Assembly: GCA_977020255.1 (NCBI GenBank)
Contig: CDROCS010001209.1
Location: 186,001 to 250,000, forward strand
DNA: 64,000 bases
Reading direction: 5' to 3'
DNA from: Obrimoposthia wandeli
Lineage: Eukaryota
This document shows, piece after piece, positions 31,263 to 39,980 of the stretch (position 1 is its first letter; each line of letters starts with the position of its first letter). Under the pieces are notes generated by a model, which ran no database searches, was not told the DNA's origin, and saw only the letters and a list, made by a program, of their open reading frames with translations. The translations under genes were made by a program, and so were the position numbers.

Positions 31263-31333
31263 AACCGCCAAGTTGCCTAAAGATGCTCGCTGAGCTCAAT
31301 CTGAATCCTGCATCTTGAGGTAGCGTGGGTATT
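31263..31333. repeat. Short (71-bp) copy of the ERIC-like miniature inverted-repeat element
   Basis: CCAAGTTGCCTAAAGATGC...GCATCTTGAGGTAGCGTGGGTAT. Confidence 0.75.
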
Positions 31334-31430
31334 ATAGTGAAAGATATTCTAACCAAGTCACGACACATCCTCATGGTATTAAGGTTCGGTTAGAAAGCGG
31401 TGATGTAGGTCGAGTGAAGGAAATTTCTGG
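31334..31430 (+). pseudogene. 3' remnant of a YwbE/DUF2196-family gene
   Basis: IVKDILTKS/(frameshift)THPHGIKVRLESGDVGRVKEI; no 5' half visible. Confidence 0.65.
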
Positions 31431-31490
31431 TATTAACGTACACATTTTCACAGGGCCTCCCACCATTTATGAGCGACTGATGAGTGCACA

Positions 31491-31521
31491 AAAAAAGGAG
31501 GTCTGTTAAACAGACCTCCTT
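31491..31521 (-). terminator. Terminator of the PTS operon
   Basis: AAGGAGGTCTGT...ACAGACCTCCTT with an A tract on the + strand. Confidence 0.7.
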
Positions 31522-31550
31522 AATAGTTAGTTAGCGTTATTTACTTAGCG

Positions 31551-32441
31551 TTATCGTCGGTTAGCCATACGTTTGTATTGATGGCGACGACCGCGAATTG
31601 TCATGCCCATACGGATGATGTTTTCTGGTAGTGCGATACCACCATATCCACCATCACCAATATGAACGATGTCAGCTCCCGCTCCTTTCGATGCCATCGC
31701 GACTTGCTCTATATAGCTCTCTGATGCACCTTCTTGAGATGTACCAATTGCTAATAGCCCAAGCATTCCAGCATTGTGAACAGCATCCATCATCTTATGG
31801 GCTATATCGGGTGAAACGCTAGGTGTTGTATAAGGGGCAGGGAACATCATAATGTCAGCACCAGCTTCTGCAAAATCGCTAACGATGTCTAAGTTATAGT
31901 CGTTACCAACACCGCCACCGTGCATCTTGCCCGCGATGATAACGATGTTCTGCGACACTTCACGACATAAGCGAATAGCATCAAGAATGGTTTCCTGTGA
32001 TACACTCATTCCCGGGTTGCCCGTTAACATAATATAGTTCATGCCTAACTCAACAGCATGCGCTACAGTTTCACGAGTCACTGAACGACCGACCTCAATA
32101 TCAGTAAACCCGGCCGGTACTGGCTCAAGGTTACACCCGATTAGGCGGCCTGTTAGATCGCGTAATTCTTCAATAGTGAAATGGTCCTTAACGCCATGGT
32201 TATCGGCCCCTGTCACTTCTGCTCGAGGGTTAAAGATATCTAGGCAGTTAAGGGTGATCATATCAGCACCGAATGCTGCCGCAATCTCAGCACCTGAGAC
32301 GAGATCTAGTGGTGGTGCCATAGATACAACGTTCTCAACCATCATGGTGCGACCTTCAGATTGCTTGATACACTCAACAATTTCGGTACGAGTCATGTTA
32401 TTAACATCATGACGCGTTAAATCAAAAATACGCTTCTTCAT
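31551..32441 (-). CDS. Conserved uncharacterised probable TIM-barrel enzyme
   Basis: AEIAAAFGADMITLN, GCNLEP, LTGNPG, AGKMHGGG and GADIVHIGDGG repeats of beta/alpha-barrel type. Confidence 0.6.
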   Translation of the reverse strand: MKKRIFDLTRHDVNNMTRTEIVECIKQSEGRTMMVENVVSMAPPLDLVSGAEIAAAFGADMITLNCLDIFNPRAEVTGADNHGVKDHFTIEELRDLTGRLIGCNLEPVPAGFTDIEVGRSVTRETVAHAVELGMNYIMLTGNPGMSVSQETILDAIRLCREVSQNIVIIAGKMHGGGVGNDYNLDIVSDFAEAGADIMMFPAPYTTPSVSPDIAHKMMDAVHNAGMLGLLAIGTSQEGASESYIEQVAMASKGAGADIVHIGDGGYGGIALPENIIRMGMTIRGRRHQYKRMANRR

Positions 32442-32451
32442 TTCAGTTGCC

Positions 32452-32790
32452 CTATGCGTTATTTAGCTGACGGTGAATAGCGATGATCTCATTCGCCATA
32501 TCGCGGCATAACATAGCAGTCATAATGTGGTCCTGAATGTGCGTAAGAATAAGAGTCATCGTGACCTTACCTTCACCTTCATCGAAACCAATTAAGCCTG
32601 TTTGCGTTTTGTGTACTTCGATAAGCGCTTCTTCGGCAGCGACTAACATCGCTTCAGAACGCTCAAATTCACCATTACGAGCCTCACTCATCGCTTGCAT
32701 AACAGCTGAACGTGCTTCACCTGCTTTGCAAAGTAGTGTCATCAAAAACTCTTCAGTAATATCTTCTTGAGTATTAATTTCGAAAGTCAT
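32452..32790 (-). CDS. PTS lactose/cellobiose-family EIIA
   Basis: AGEARS, VHKTQT and HIQDHIM motifs. Confidence 0.9.
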   Translation of the reverse strand: MTFEINTQEDITEEFLMTLLCKAGEARSAVMQAMSEARNGEFERSEAMLVAAEEALIEVHKTQTGLIGFDEGEGKVTMTLILTHIQDHIMTAMLCRDMANEIIAIHRQLNNA

Positions 32791-32792
32791 GA

Positions 32793-34118
32793 TTAAGCCT
32801 TTACTGGTTCAGAGTTTGGTGCATCTTCAGCATTTGCCTGCTCTTCGATAAGCAGTTGCTTTTCATGCATCTTGAAGAATGGATAGAAAATAGTCATGCT
32901 CACAAGTACGCAGACGCCAACCAAAATGGCCGCTGTGCCTGAGTTTGTCGCAATAACCGCACCAATAGGCGCTGGCATAGTCCACGGTGGAAGCGCAACG
33001 ATCTTAGAAACAAATTCAGTCTTAAAGGCTACCCACACAATACAGGTATTAACCATTGGTGAAAGCATCCAAGGGATGAAGTAGTTCGGGTTCATTACGA
33101 TAGGCGTACCAAAAATAACAGGCTCATTGATATTGAAGCTGCCAGGAATGATAGACATTTTCCCGATTACATTCAGGTGGGTAGCCTTTGAGCGCATCAT
33201 TAGAATAACGAAGCCCCAAGTACCACCAGCACCACCAACAAAGACAAAGAAGTCAAGTAGCGGGTTAACGAAAATCTTCGGAAGCTCAGCACCAGCGGCT
33301 AATGCATCCTGATTCATACCAAGGTTGACCAATAGGATTGGAGCCAAGATACCAGTAGTAACAACAGCTGAACCGTGAATACCAGCAAACCAAAGTAGCT
33401 GAATCATAACAACGGCAAGTAGACATGCTAAGAACGAGTCTGATGCCGATACTAACGGTCTAAATAATTCCATAACAGCAGATGGAATTGTTAGGTCGTA
33501 GCCACCAAGAATATGATTAAGACCCGGAACCAATATTGAGAGAATGACGATTGGAATTAGCAGGTCAAACGACGCCGCAATTTTTTCAGGCACAGCTTCA
33601 GGTAATTTGAGGCTGATGTTTTTATCACGCAAGAAACGCTGTAATTCAGGAACAAACAAACCAGCCATGATTGCGGTAAATGCGCCAGTACCACCGAGGT
33701 AAGCCGCTGGTATCACACCACCAATACCCTCAACGGATTGAATAGGAGCTGCCGCCAAAAGGAAGGTGAACATAGATAACATGCCAGTGTTTAGTGCGCG
33801 TAGCTTATATGCTTCAGCCAAACTAAAACCAATACCAAATGCTGCATAAACAGCAAAAATACCCATACTGATCTGGAACGGTATAAGAATATTATCTCGA
33901 CCAATCATCTCCATAAGGGCAGTCCAGCCATTAAGGAAAAAGTTATCTCCCGGTGGTGGGAAAGCTAATACCAAAAGTAAAGAGCCCACGATCAAAAACG
34001 GCATTGTTGCCACGAAACCATCTTTTATTGCATTGATATGACGCTGAGTTGAAACTTTCGAGGCAATAGGAGCCACGACTTTTTCAACGAAGTTCATTAT
34101 TCCATTAAGAACTGACAT
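32793..34118 (-). CDS. PTS lactose/cellobiose-family EIIC
   Basis: AIKDGFVATMPFLIVGS, LWFAGIHG, GGAGGT and FNINEPVIFGTPIVMNP motifs. Confidence 0.92.
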   Translation of the reverse strand: MSVLNGIMNFVEKVVAPIASKVSTQRHINAIKDGFVATMPFLIVGSLLLVLAFPPPGDNFFLNGWTALMEMIGRDNILIPFQISMGIFAVYAAFGIGFSLAEAYKLRALNTGMLSMFTFLLAAAPIQSVEGIGGVIPAAYLGGTGAFTAIMAGLFVPELQRFLRDKNISLKLPEAVPEKIAASFDLLIPIVILSILVPGLNHILGGYDLTIPSAVMELFRPLVSASDSFLACLLAVVMIQLLWFAGIHGSAVVTTGILAPILLVNLGMNQDALAAGAELPKIFVNPLLDFFVFVGGAGGTWGFVILMMRSKATHLNVIGKMSIIPGSFNINEPVIFGTPIVMNPNYFIPWMLSPMVNTCIVWVAFKTEFVSKIVALPPWTMPAPIGAVIATNSGTAAILVGVCVLVSMTIFYPFFKMHEKQLLIEEQANAEDAPNSEPVKA

Positions 34119-34135
34119 GAATTAACTCCATTTAA

Positions 34136-34453
34136 TTACTTGTTATTCATCGATTGATAAAGATTAACTGCTTGATCAAGAACTACGTCACCTTTCATCA
34201 TGCCGTAGGTCATCATGTCGATAAGGCCACAAGCTTTACCGCTATCTTCAGCACGTTTCTTGAACTCTTCAAATTGGAATTTAACTTGCGGTGCTACCAA
34301 ACAAACATCATTCTCAGCCAGTGATGCTTCAAATTCAGAAATTGAATAAGCATTAATTGAGCAATCAATACTTTGCTTATCAGCAGCTTCACGCATTTTT
34401 TTTACAAGCATGCTGGTTGACATCCCAGCAGCACAACATAGAAAAATCTTCAT
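34136..34453 (-). CDS. PTS lactose/cellobiose-family EIIB
   Basis: CCAAGMSTSMLV phospho-Cys loop; LVAPQV. Confidence 0.92.
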   Translation of the reverse strand: MKIFLCCAAGMSTSMLVKKMREAADKQSIDCSINAYSISEFEASLAENDVCLVAPQVKFQFEEFKKRAEDSGKACGLIDMMTYGMMKGDVVLDQAVNLYQSMNNK

Positions 34454-34919
34454 ACTATTTCCTTTAAACTTATTTCACTCTAAAAATTTAGAGCTCGATA
34501 ATAATCTCCCTTTAAATAAAAATAATTGTGCAAACTCACATCTTTTAAACATTCATTTTTTTGATGATAAGTAAGGCACTAATTTGCGACGCAATTAGAA
34601 CTATCAATGTTTCTGTTGCAAACTGAGATGGAAAATTATGAACTGAGTACCCGCGAAGTGGAGGCGATATTTTCAGAACACGGTATCCTTGAATTGATCG
34701 GCGTATCAATCACGTTCTTTAATTGGAATATCGGTCTCATAAAATGGAAAAACGTCACTTCTTCATAGAAAATTGATAAGTAAGGTGATATCACTGCTTT
34801 TTAATCGCAAACGTTATGCCGCAATCTTATTGATAGATGCCTCATTTGTGTTTGACGCTAATTTACTTAGCCAATAATTGGCGTATTATTGGAACTTTCA
34901 TAAAACTGAAGGTTTGGGT

Positions 34920-35816
34920 ATGCCCAAAAAATACATAAAAAAAGAAGGTGCCGCAGTCATCAATATCGCTCGATATTTGATGTCACAAAAAGAAGGTGCC
35001 CGTTTACGCACCATTGATTCGCTGGCTGAAGAGTTCGAGCTGTCGGTTGGCTTAGTTCAGAAAGCCCTGAAAAAGATTGAAGCGGATGGGGTGATAGCCC
35101 TTTCACGGCAAGGCCGCAATGGCACTTATATTTCTCGCTTAGACAGCGAAAAAATTGTCCGTCTGGCGGGGCTTGGTCACGTCGTATGTGCCATGCCGCT
35201 GCCTTATACCAAACATTACGAGGGATTGGCTAGCGGATTAAAAGCCCAGATGAGCAGCTTACCGTTGTATTTTGCCCACATGCGAGGTGCCAGTGTTAGA
35301 GCAAAATTATTAAACTCCGGTGTGCATGATATTGCCATTATGTCAAAGCTTGCAGCACAGAGTTACAGCGACGGTTTGACGGTTGCCGTGAATTTGGGAA
35401 AAAACTCCTATTCGAACGATCACAGGGTGATTTACCGTAAGGGTGAATATGGTGCTATCCGTCGTGTTGGCGTCGACTCGGATTCTCCTGACCAGCAGAT
35501 CCTGACCAAACAGGCTTTTCCGGATCAAGACATTGACATTGTCGAAATCAATTACGGTGACAGTTTGGTCCATTTGGCGAGCAGAAATATAGATGCGGTG
35601 ATTTGGCTGACGGAAGCGATAGATATGGATAACGTTGGTCTGGCAGAAAAATCGCTTAACCATATTCCCCAGTGTGAAATGGCCTCTGAGGCAGTACTAC
35701 TGGTTCGTAATGAAGCACCGCATATTAAGGCACTCTTGAGAAATCTAATCAACATGGATGCCCTAATCTCTCATCAGAAAAAAGTCGTGACAGGCGAAAT
35801 AACTCCGAGCTATTAG
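34920..35816 (+). CDS. yhfZ: YhfZ-family transcriptional regulator copy 2 (intact)
   Basis: N-terminal winged HTH (..EFELSVGLVQKALK..GRNGT); MPLPYTKHYEGLASGL; VTGEITPSY. Confidence 0.85.
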   Translation: MPKKYIKKEGAAVINIARYLMSQKEGARLRTIDSLAEEFELSVGLVQKALKKIEADGVIALSRQGRNGTYISRLDSEKIVRLAGLGHVVCAMPLPYTKHYEGLASGLKAQMSSLPLYFAHMRGASVRAKLLNSGVHDIAIMSKLAAQSYSDGLTVAVNLGKNSYSNDHRVIYRKGEYGAIRRVGVDSDSPDQQILTKQAFPDQDIDIVEINYGDSLVHLASRNIDAVIWLTEAIDMDNVGLAEKSLNHIPQCEMASEAVLLVRNEAPHIKALLRNLINMDALISHQKKVVTGEITPSY

Positions 35817-35848
35817 CAACATAAATTGTGACGAAAAAAAAGGCCAAT

Positions 35849-36724
35849 ATGATTGACGGCAGCGGTTATACCTATGTTCACGAACACCTGCATATTGATT
35901 TATCGCCGCAAAAAGGCGATGTCGACTGCAGGCTAGATCAGTACGATCTGATCAAAGAAGAGCTGTTGCAACTTAAGTTACGCGGTGTATTCAACATCGT
36001 AGAAGTGACTAATCGTTTTATGGGTAGAAATCATCATTTTATTGAAGATTTAATGGTTGATACCGGAATGAATATCTTGCTCTCTACGGGTTACTACATC
36101 GATGGCTTTTTCCCACCCGAACTGCACGCTATGTCGGCACAGGAAATCAGCCGCGAGATGGTGGGTGAAATCGAAAATGGCATTGCCGGAAGTGATTTGA
36201 AAGCCAGCTTAATCGGTGAAATAGGCAGCAGTGAGAACACGTTTACCGACATGGAGAAAAAAGTATTTGAAGCTGCCGCTTATGCCCACCTAGAAACAGG
36301 ACGTCCAATCTCCACTCACCAGTCGATGAGTTCCATGGGCCGCCAGCAGGTAATGTGGCTGAAGCAGTATGGCGTCAACATGAACAACGTGACGATCGGG
36401 CACTGCGATCTGAAAGACAACATTGATGACATTGCCTGGCTGATTGATCAGGGCTGCTATGTGCAGTTCGATACGATCGGAAAAAATGATTATTACCCAG
36501 ATACCAAACGTGTAGACATGCTGGAAGTGCTATCTGAACGCGGTTATTTAGAGCGGGTCATGCTTTCTATGGACATTACTCGGCGGTCTCACTTGAAAGA
36601 AAATGGTGGTCTTGGTTTTTGTTACCTGATGGATGTATTCATCCCCATGCTACGAGAGCGTGGAATTAGTCAGCAAGAGATAGACACAATGCTAAAACAC
36701 AATCCCAGCCAGCTATTTGGCTAA
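35849..36724 (+). CDS. php: Phosphotriesterase-homology protein copy 2 (intact)
   Basis: HEHLHIDL metal motif, IGEIG, STH, IGHCD, QFDTIG, LSMDITRRSH. Confidence 0.9.
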   Translation: MIDGSGYTYVHEHLHIDLSPQKGDVDCRLDQYDLIKEELLQLKLRGVFNIVEVTNRFMGRNHHFIEDLMVDTGMNILLSTGYYIDGFFPPELHAMSAQEISREMVGEIENGIAGSDLKASLIGEIGSSENTFTDMEKKVFEAAAYAHLETGRPISTHQSMSSMGRQQVMWLKQYGVNMNNVTIGHCDLKDNIDDIAWLIDQGCYVQFDTIGKNDYYPDTKRVDMLEVLSERGYLERVMLSMDITRRSHLKENGGLGFCYLMDVFIPMLRERGISQQEIDTMLKHNPSQLFG

Positions 36725-36740
36725 ATAAAGAGGTTAGCGT

Positions 36741-37100
36741 ATGAAACAAATCGGTATTGCGGGTCTGCAGCGTGAACAGATAAAAGAGCAAATTGACGCC
36801 ACCGCGCCAGGTGCTTTTAACTGCCACATTCTGAACGATATGGATGCAGCCATGCAAGTGAAATCCGGCCAGCTGGATTATTACATCGGTTGCTGTAACA
36901 CGGGGGCAGGCGCGGCGCTATCCATGGCAATCGCGATCATTGGTTATCCGCAGAGTTGCACCATCGCCAAACCATCTATTCAAGCCAAACCAGACGAAAT
37001 CGAGCGTTTTGTCGGTGAGGGCAAGGTGGCTTTCGGACTTTCCATTGAGCATATCGAACACGCTATTCCCATGCTCATTTCTATTCTCTCTAAGAAGTAA
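36741..37100 (+). CDS. yhfU: YhfU copy 2
   Basis: Three amino-acid differences from copy 1 (manual count). Confidence 0.8.
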   Translation: MKQIGIAGLQREQIKEQIDATAPGAFNCHILNDMDAAMQVKSGQLDYYIGCCNTGAGAALSMAIAIIGYPQSCTIAKPSIQAKPDEIERFVGEGKVAFGLSIEHIEHAIPMLISILSKK

Positions 37101-37109
37101 GGACATAAC

Positions 37110-38411
37110 ATGGATGTTATGCACATAGGTTTAGTCGCACTGCTCTGCGCCATGACCGCAGTTATCGCCAACATGAGCGCAGCAGTATTCCACGATGGGA
37201 TCCGCCCCATGCTTCCTCAGGTTGCGGAGGGTAACATGACAAGGCGAGATGCGGGCTCTACCGCATTTGGTCTGTCTATTGGTTTTGTTGTCTCGGTGGG
37301 GATTTCATTTACCCTTTCAACTGGCTTACTCAACCCTTGGTTACTCTTTTTACCCACTGATGTTCTGGGTGTGATGATCGGTAGCCGCGTACTGGCCGGG
37401 CTGGCTGGTGGCTTGTGGGGAATATTGGTGGTCACATCACTTTCGGCAGTCAATACTCTATTTACCGGGTTGCCGATCGATGCTTTAGGTGCACTGGCCG
37501 AACTGGGTACCCCGGTAATGTCGGCATTTGCCTTGTTCCCGCTGCTTGCGATCTTTTATCAATATGGCTGGCGAGCAGGGGCTGTGGCTGCCATTGTCAT
37601 TATTATTTCCCGTCTGTTGGTCATGAAATACACTGCGATCTATCCTGAACCCATCCAGATCTTGATTGGTATGGTCATGTTAGTCGGCACCGCTATCCGC
37701 AAAGATCTGACTGACAGGAAAAACGGGATATCACCACCCGATATGTCAGGTATGTACAGCCTGTTTGACGAACGCACCAAGCGCATCGTAAAAAATCTGC
37801 CTTTCCTTGCAATTACTGGTGCCCTGATTGCTGCGGTAACGAATACCGGTATTCTTGCTGGCTCGGAAGTGTCCATCTTTTCACTGGCCGAAGTGTACAA
37901 GCAGACCGATCCGGTTGCTCAAGATGCCGCGATGAAGCAGGTAGCACTGGCGGAGTTTATGCGCGGTCTCGCATTTCTCCCGCTGATCGCGACCACGGCT
38001 CTCACTACAGGTATTTACGGCGTCGTCGGAATGTCCTTTGTGTTCGTTGCTGGCTACCTTGCTCCAAGTGTTCCCATCGCAGCAATACTGGGTGCCGTTA
38101 TTATCTGTGCTGAAGTCTTTCTGTTACGGAAAATCAGTGGCGTTCTGGAGCAATTCCCTTCCATCCGTAATTCCTCAGACAACATTCGTAATTCAATGAA
38201 TACCTTAATGGAATTTGCATTATTGATTGGTGGCGTACTGGCAGTTATGAAAATGGGCGCCACGACTGGTTTCACCATCTTCGCCATTCTTTACTACCTC
38301 AACGAAGTTATGGGGCGACCAATACTCAAAATAGCAGCGCCTGTTGTTGCGGCGATCCTGACAGGTGTCATCCTTAATATACTGTATGTACAGGGACTTT
38401 TCGCAATTTAA
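37110..38411 (+). CDS. yhfT: YhfT-family transporter copy 2
   Basis: 433 aa, about 46 substitutions vs copy 1 (manual count). Confidence 0.85.
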   Translation: MDVMHIGLVALLCAMTAVIANMSAAVFHDGIRPMLPQVAEGNMTRRDAGSTAFGLSIGFVVSVGISFTLSTGLLNPWLLFLPTDVLGVMIGSRVLAGLAGGLWGILVVTSLSAVNTLFTGLPIDALGALAELGTPVMSAFALFPLLAIFYQYGWRAGAVAAIVIIISRLLVMKYTAIYPEPIQILIGMVMLVGTAIRKDLTDRKNGISPPDMSGMYSLFDERTKRIVKNLPFLAITGALIAAVTNTGILAGSEVSIFSLAEVYKQTDPVAQDAAMKQVALAEFMRGLAFLPLIATTALTTGIYGVVGMSFVFVAGYLAPSVPIAAILGAVIICAEVFLLRKISGVLEQFPSIRNSSDNIRNSMNTLMEFALLIGGVLAVMKMGATTGFTIFAILYYLNEVMGRPILKIAAPVVAAILTGVILNILYVQGLFAI

Positions 38412-38696
38412 CCTCAACTAAGAGTTCGCTCACCTCCCCCTAAGCAACAACGGGCGGGCTCTTATCTGATACAAATGTTATTGCAGAGCATACAGGGGTC
38501 ACTATCACGTTTACGTAGCCTAGCGAGTGGTGTTTTTGTGAGTGGATTGCATGTCTTAAGACAAGAGGAACATCAGTATTGTGGTAAACCATAGTAGTCT
38601 CTTCATACTTAAATTAAGCATGATCGTTCTACAATAGTTTACTCAGACATAGCTTTTTCAATGTTGCTCTGTGCTTAGAGCGAATGTTTCGAGGCA

Positions 38697-39980
38697 CTAA
38701 AATTCGTTGGCGGGTCTCACCTTGAATTCGGCTTTATCTAAACCGTGTTTTTTCATTCTTAAATACAGTTTTTTTCGTGGTATCTGTAAGTAAGATGACA
38801 CTTCATTGATACGCCCTGTGAAAAGGTATAGCGCATCTTCAATGACTTGTTTTTCATAGCTATCAACTAATTCATCAAGTGGGCTACTCATGTGTTCTAG
38901 TGGTTTAGAACGCTCTTGCCCTGTCAATTTCACTATCCCAATAGCGTATAGCTCTGCAACACTTTTTAGTTCATGTATATTGCCTGACCACTGGTGTCGA
39001 TTGAGTGTATTGATGTACGCTTTATCGACAGCAGGCACAGCTTTGTTTAATTTCTTACAACTACACCTCAGATAATGTTTAAAAATCGGGTTGATATCGC
39101 TTGTGCGTTGACGAAGTGTGGGTACAACAAAGCGTACTTGGCTTAAAAAATAAAAAAGCTCGGGTAACATTTTTTCACTTTCGACGATTTTTTCTGCATC
39201 ACCATCAATGATTGCTAGTACACGGACTTCTTTTTTACCTTGCCGATCTTGCTCTAGTAAAAAGCGGCATAGCCATTGCTGCACTTCCATGGGCATTTTA
39301 TGTGGGTTGGTTAAACATAAGCTGCCACTTCGTACTGAAATCATCGTACGCTGAAGATCGGGTGTACACGTAATTACGCTACCATCAATTTCAACGTAAG
39401 GACCGACGCTTAGCTGGCGACTATGATGCAGAAGTTTTGATACGGTACGTCGACCTGTGCCGCTTTCACCATCAATTAATACATCCTTGTTCGTTAAGGC
39501 GATGTTCGCGATTTGGTCTCGTAACTTGACAGTCAGCGGGCTATCTCCGATTAAAACGTCAGACACGGTATTATTCAAGCTTTGGCGCTGATCGATCACT
39601 TGCTTACGTTTAGGTAGCAGTACTTCAAGCAATGTTAGTAGCTCAGTCGGTTGCAATGGCTTCTGGAGAAAATCGACAGCGCCTTTCTTTACCGCATCGA
39701 CAGCCATCGGAATGTCACCATGGCCTGTAATGAGTATGACTGGTAACTCATTATCAAAGTCTTTAATTTTAGCCAGTAATTCTATGCCATCTAAACCCGG
39801 CATGTACATGTCAGATACAATCACCCCGGACCAATTTTTAGTGATCATAGCTAATACTTGAGTCGGATCGGTGGTTGCCTGTGCTTTGTAGCCTGAAATT
39901 TCAAGTAAATCTTGATAGGCTTCAACAACATCTTTGTCATCGTCAACGATCAGAACTTGTACATCATTATTTATGATCAT
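38697..39980 (-). CDS. pgtA: PgtA-like response regulator (receiver + degenerate AAA + HTH)
   Basis: LIVDDD, SDMYMPG, ITGHGD; GESGTGR; no GAFTGA loop; LYLRMKKHGL tail. Confidence 0.75.
   Translation of the reverse strand: MIINNDVQVLIVDDDKDVVEAYQDLLEISGYKAQATTDPTQVLAMITKNWSGVIVSDMYMPGLDGIELLAKIKDFDNELPVILITGHGDIPMAVDAVKKGAVDFLQKPLQPTELLTLLEVLLPKRKQVIDQRQSLNNTVSDVLIGDSPLTVKLRDQIANIALTNKDVLIDGESGTGRRTVSKLLHHSRQLSVGPYVEIDGSVITCTPDLQRTMISVRSGSLCLTNPHKMPMEVQQWLCRFLLEQDRQGKKEVRVLAIIDGDAEKIVESEKMLPELFYFLSQVRFVVPTLRQRTSDINPIFKHYLRCSCKKLNKAVPAVDKAYINTLNRHQWSGNIHELKSVAELYAIGIVKLTGQERSKPLEHMSSPLDELVDSYEKQVIEDALYLFTGRINEVSSYLQIPRKKLYLRMKKHGLDKAEFKVRPANEF

Noticed and set aside
34805-34820. TCGCAAACGTTATGCC, a partial PurR/LacI-type box upstream of yhfZ copy 2
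   Set aside because: Only the left half and centre match; not supportable without a scoring matrix
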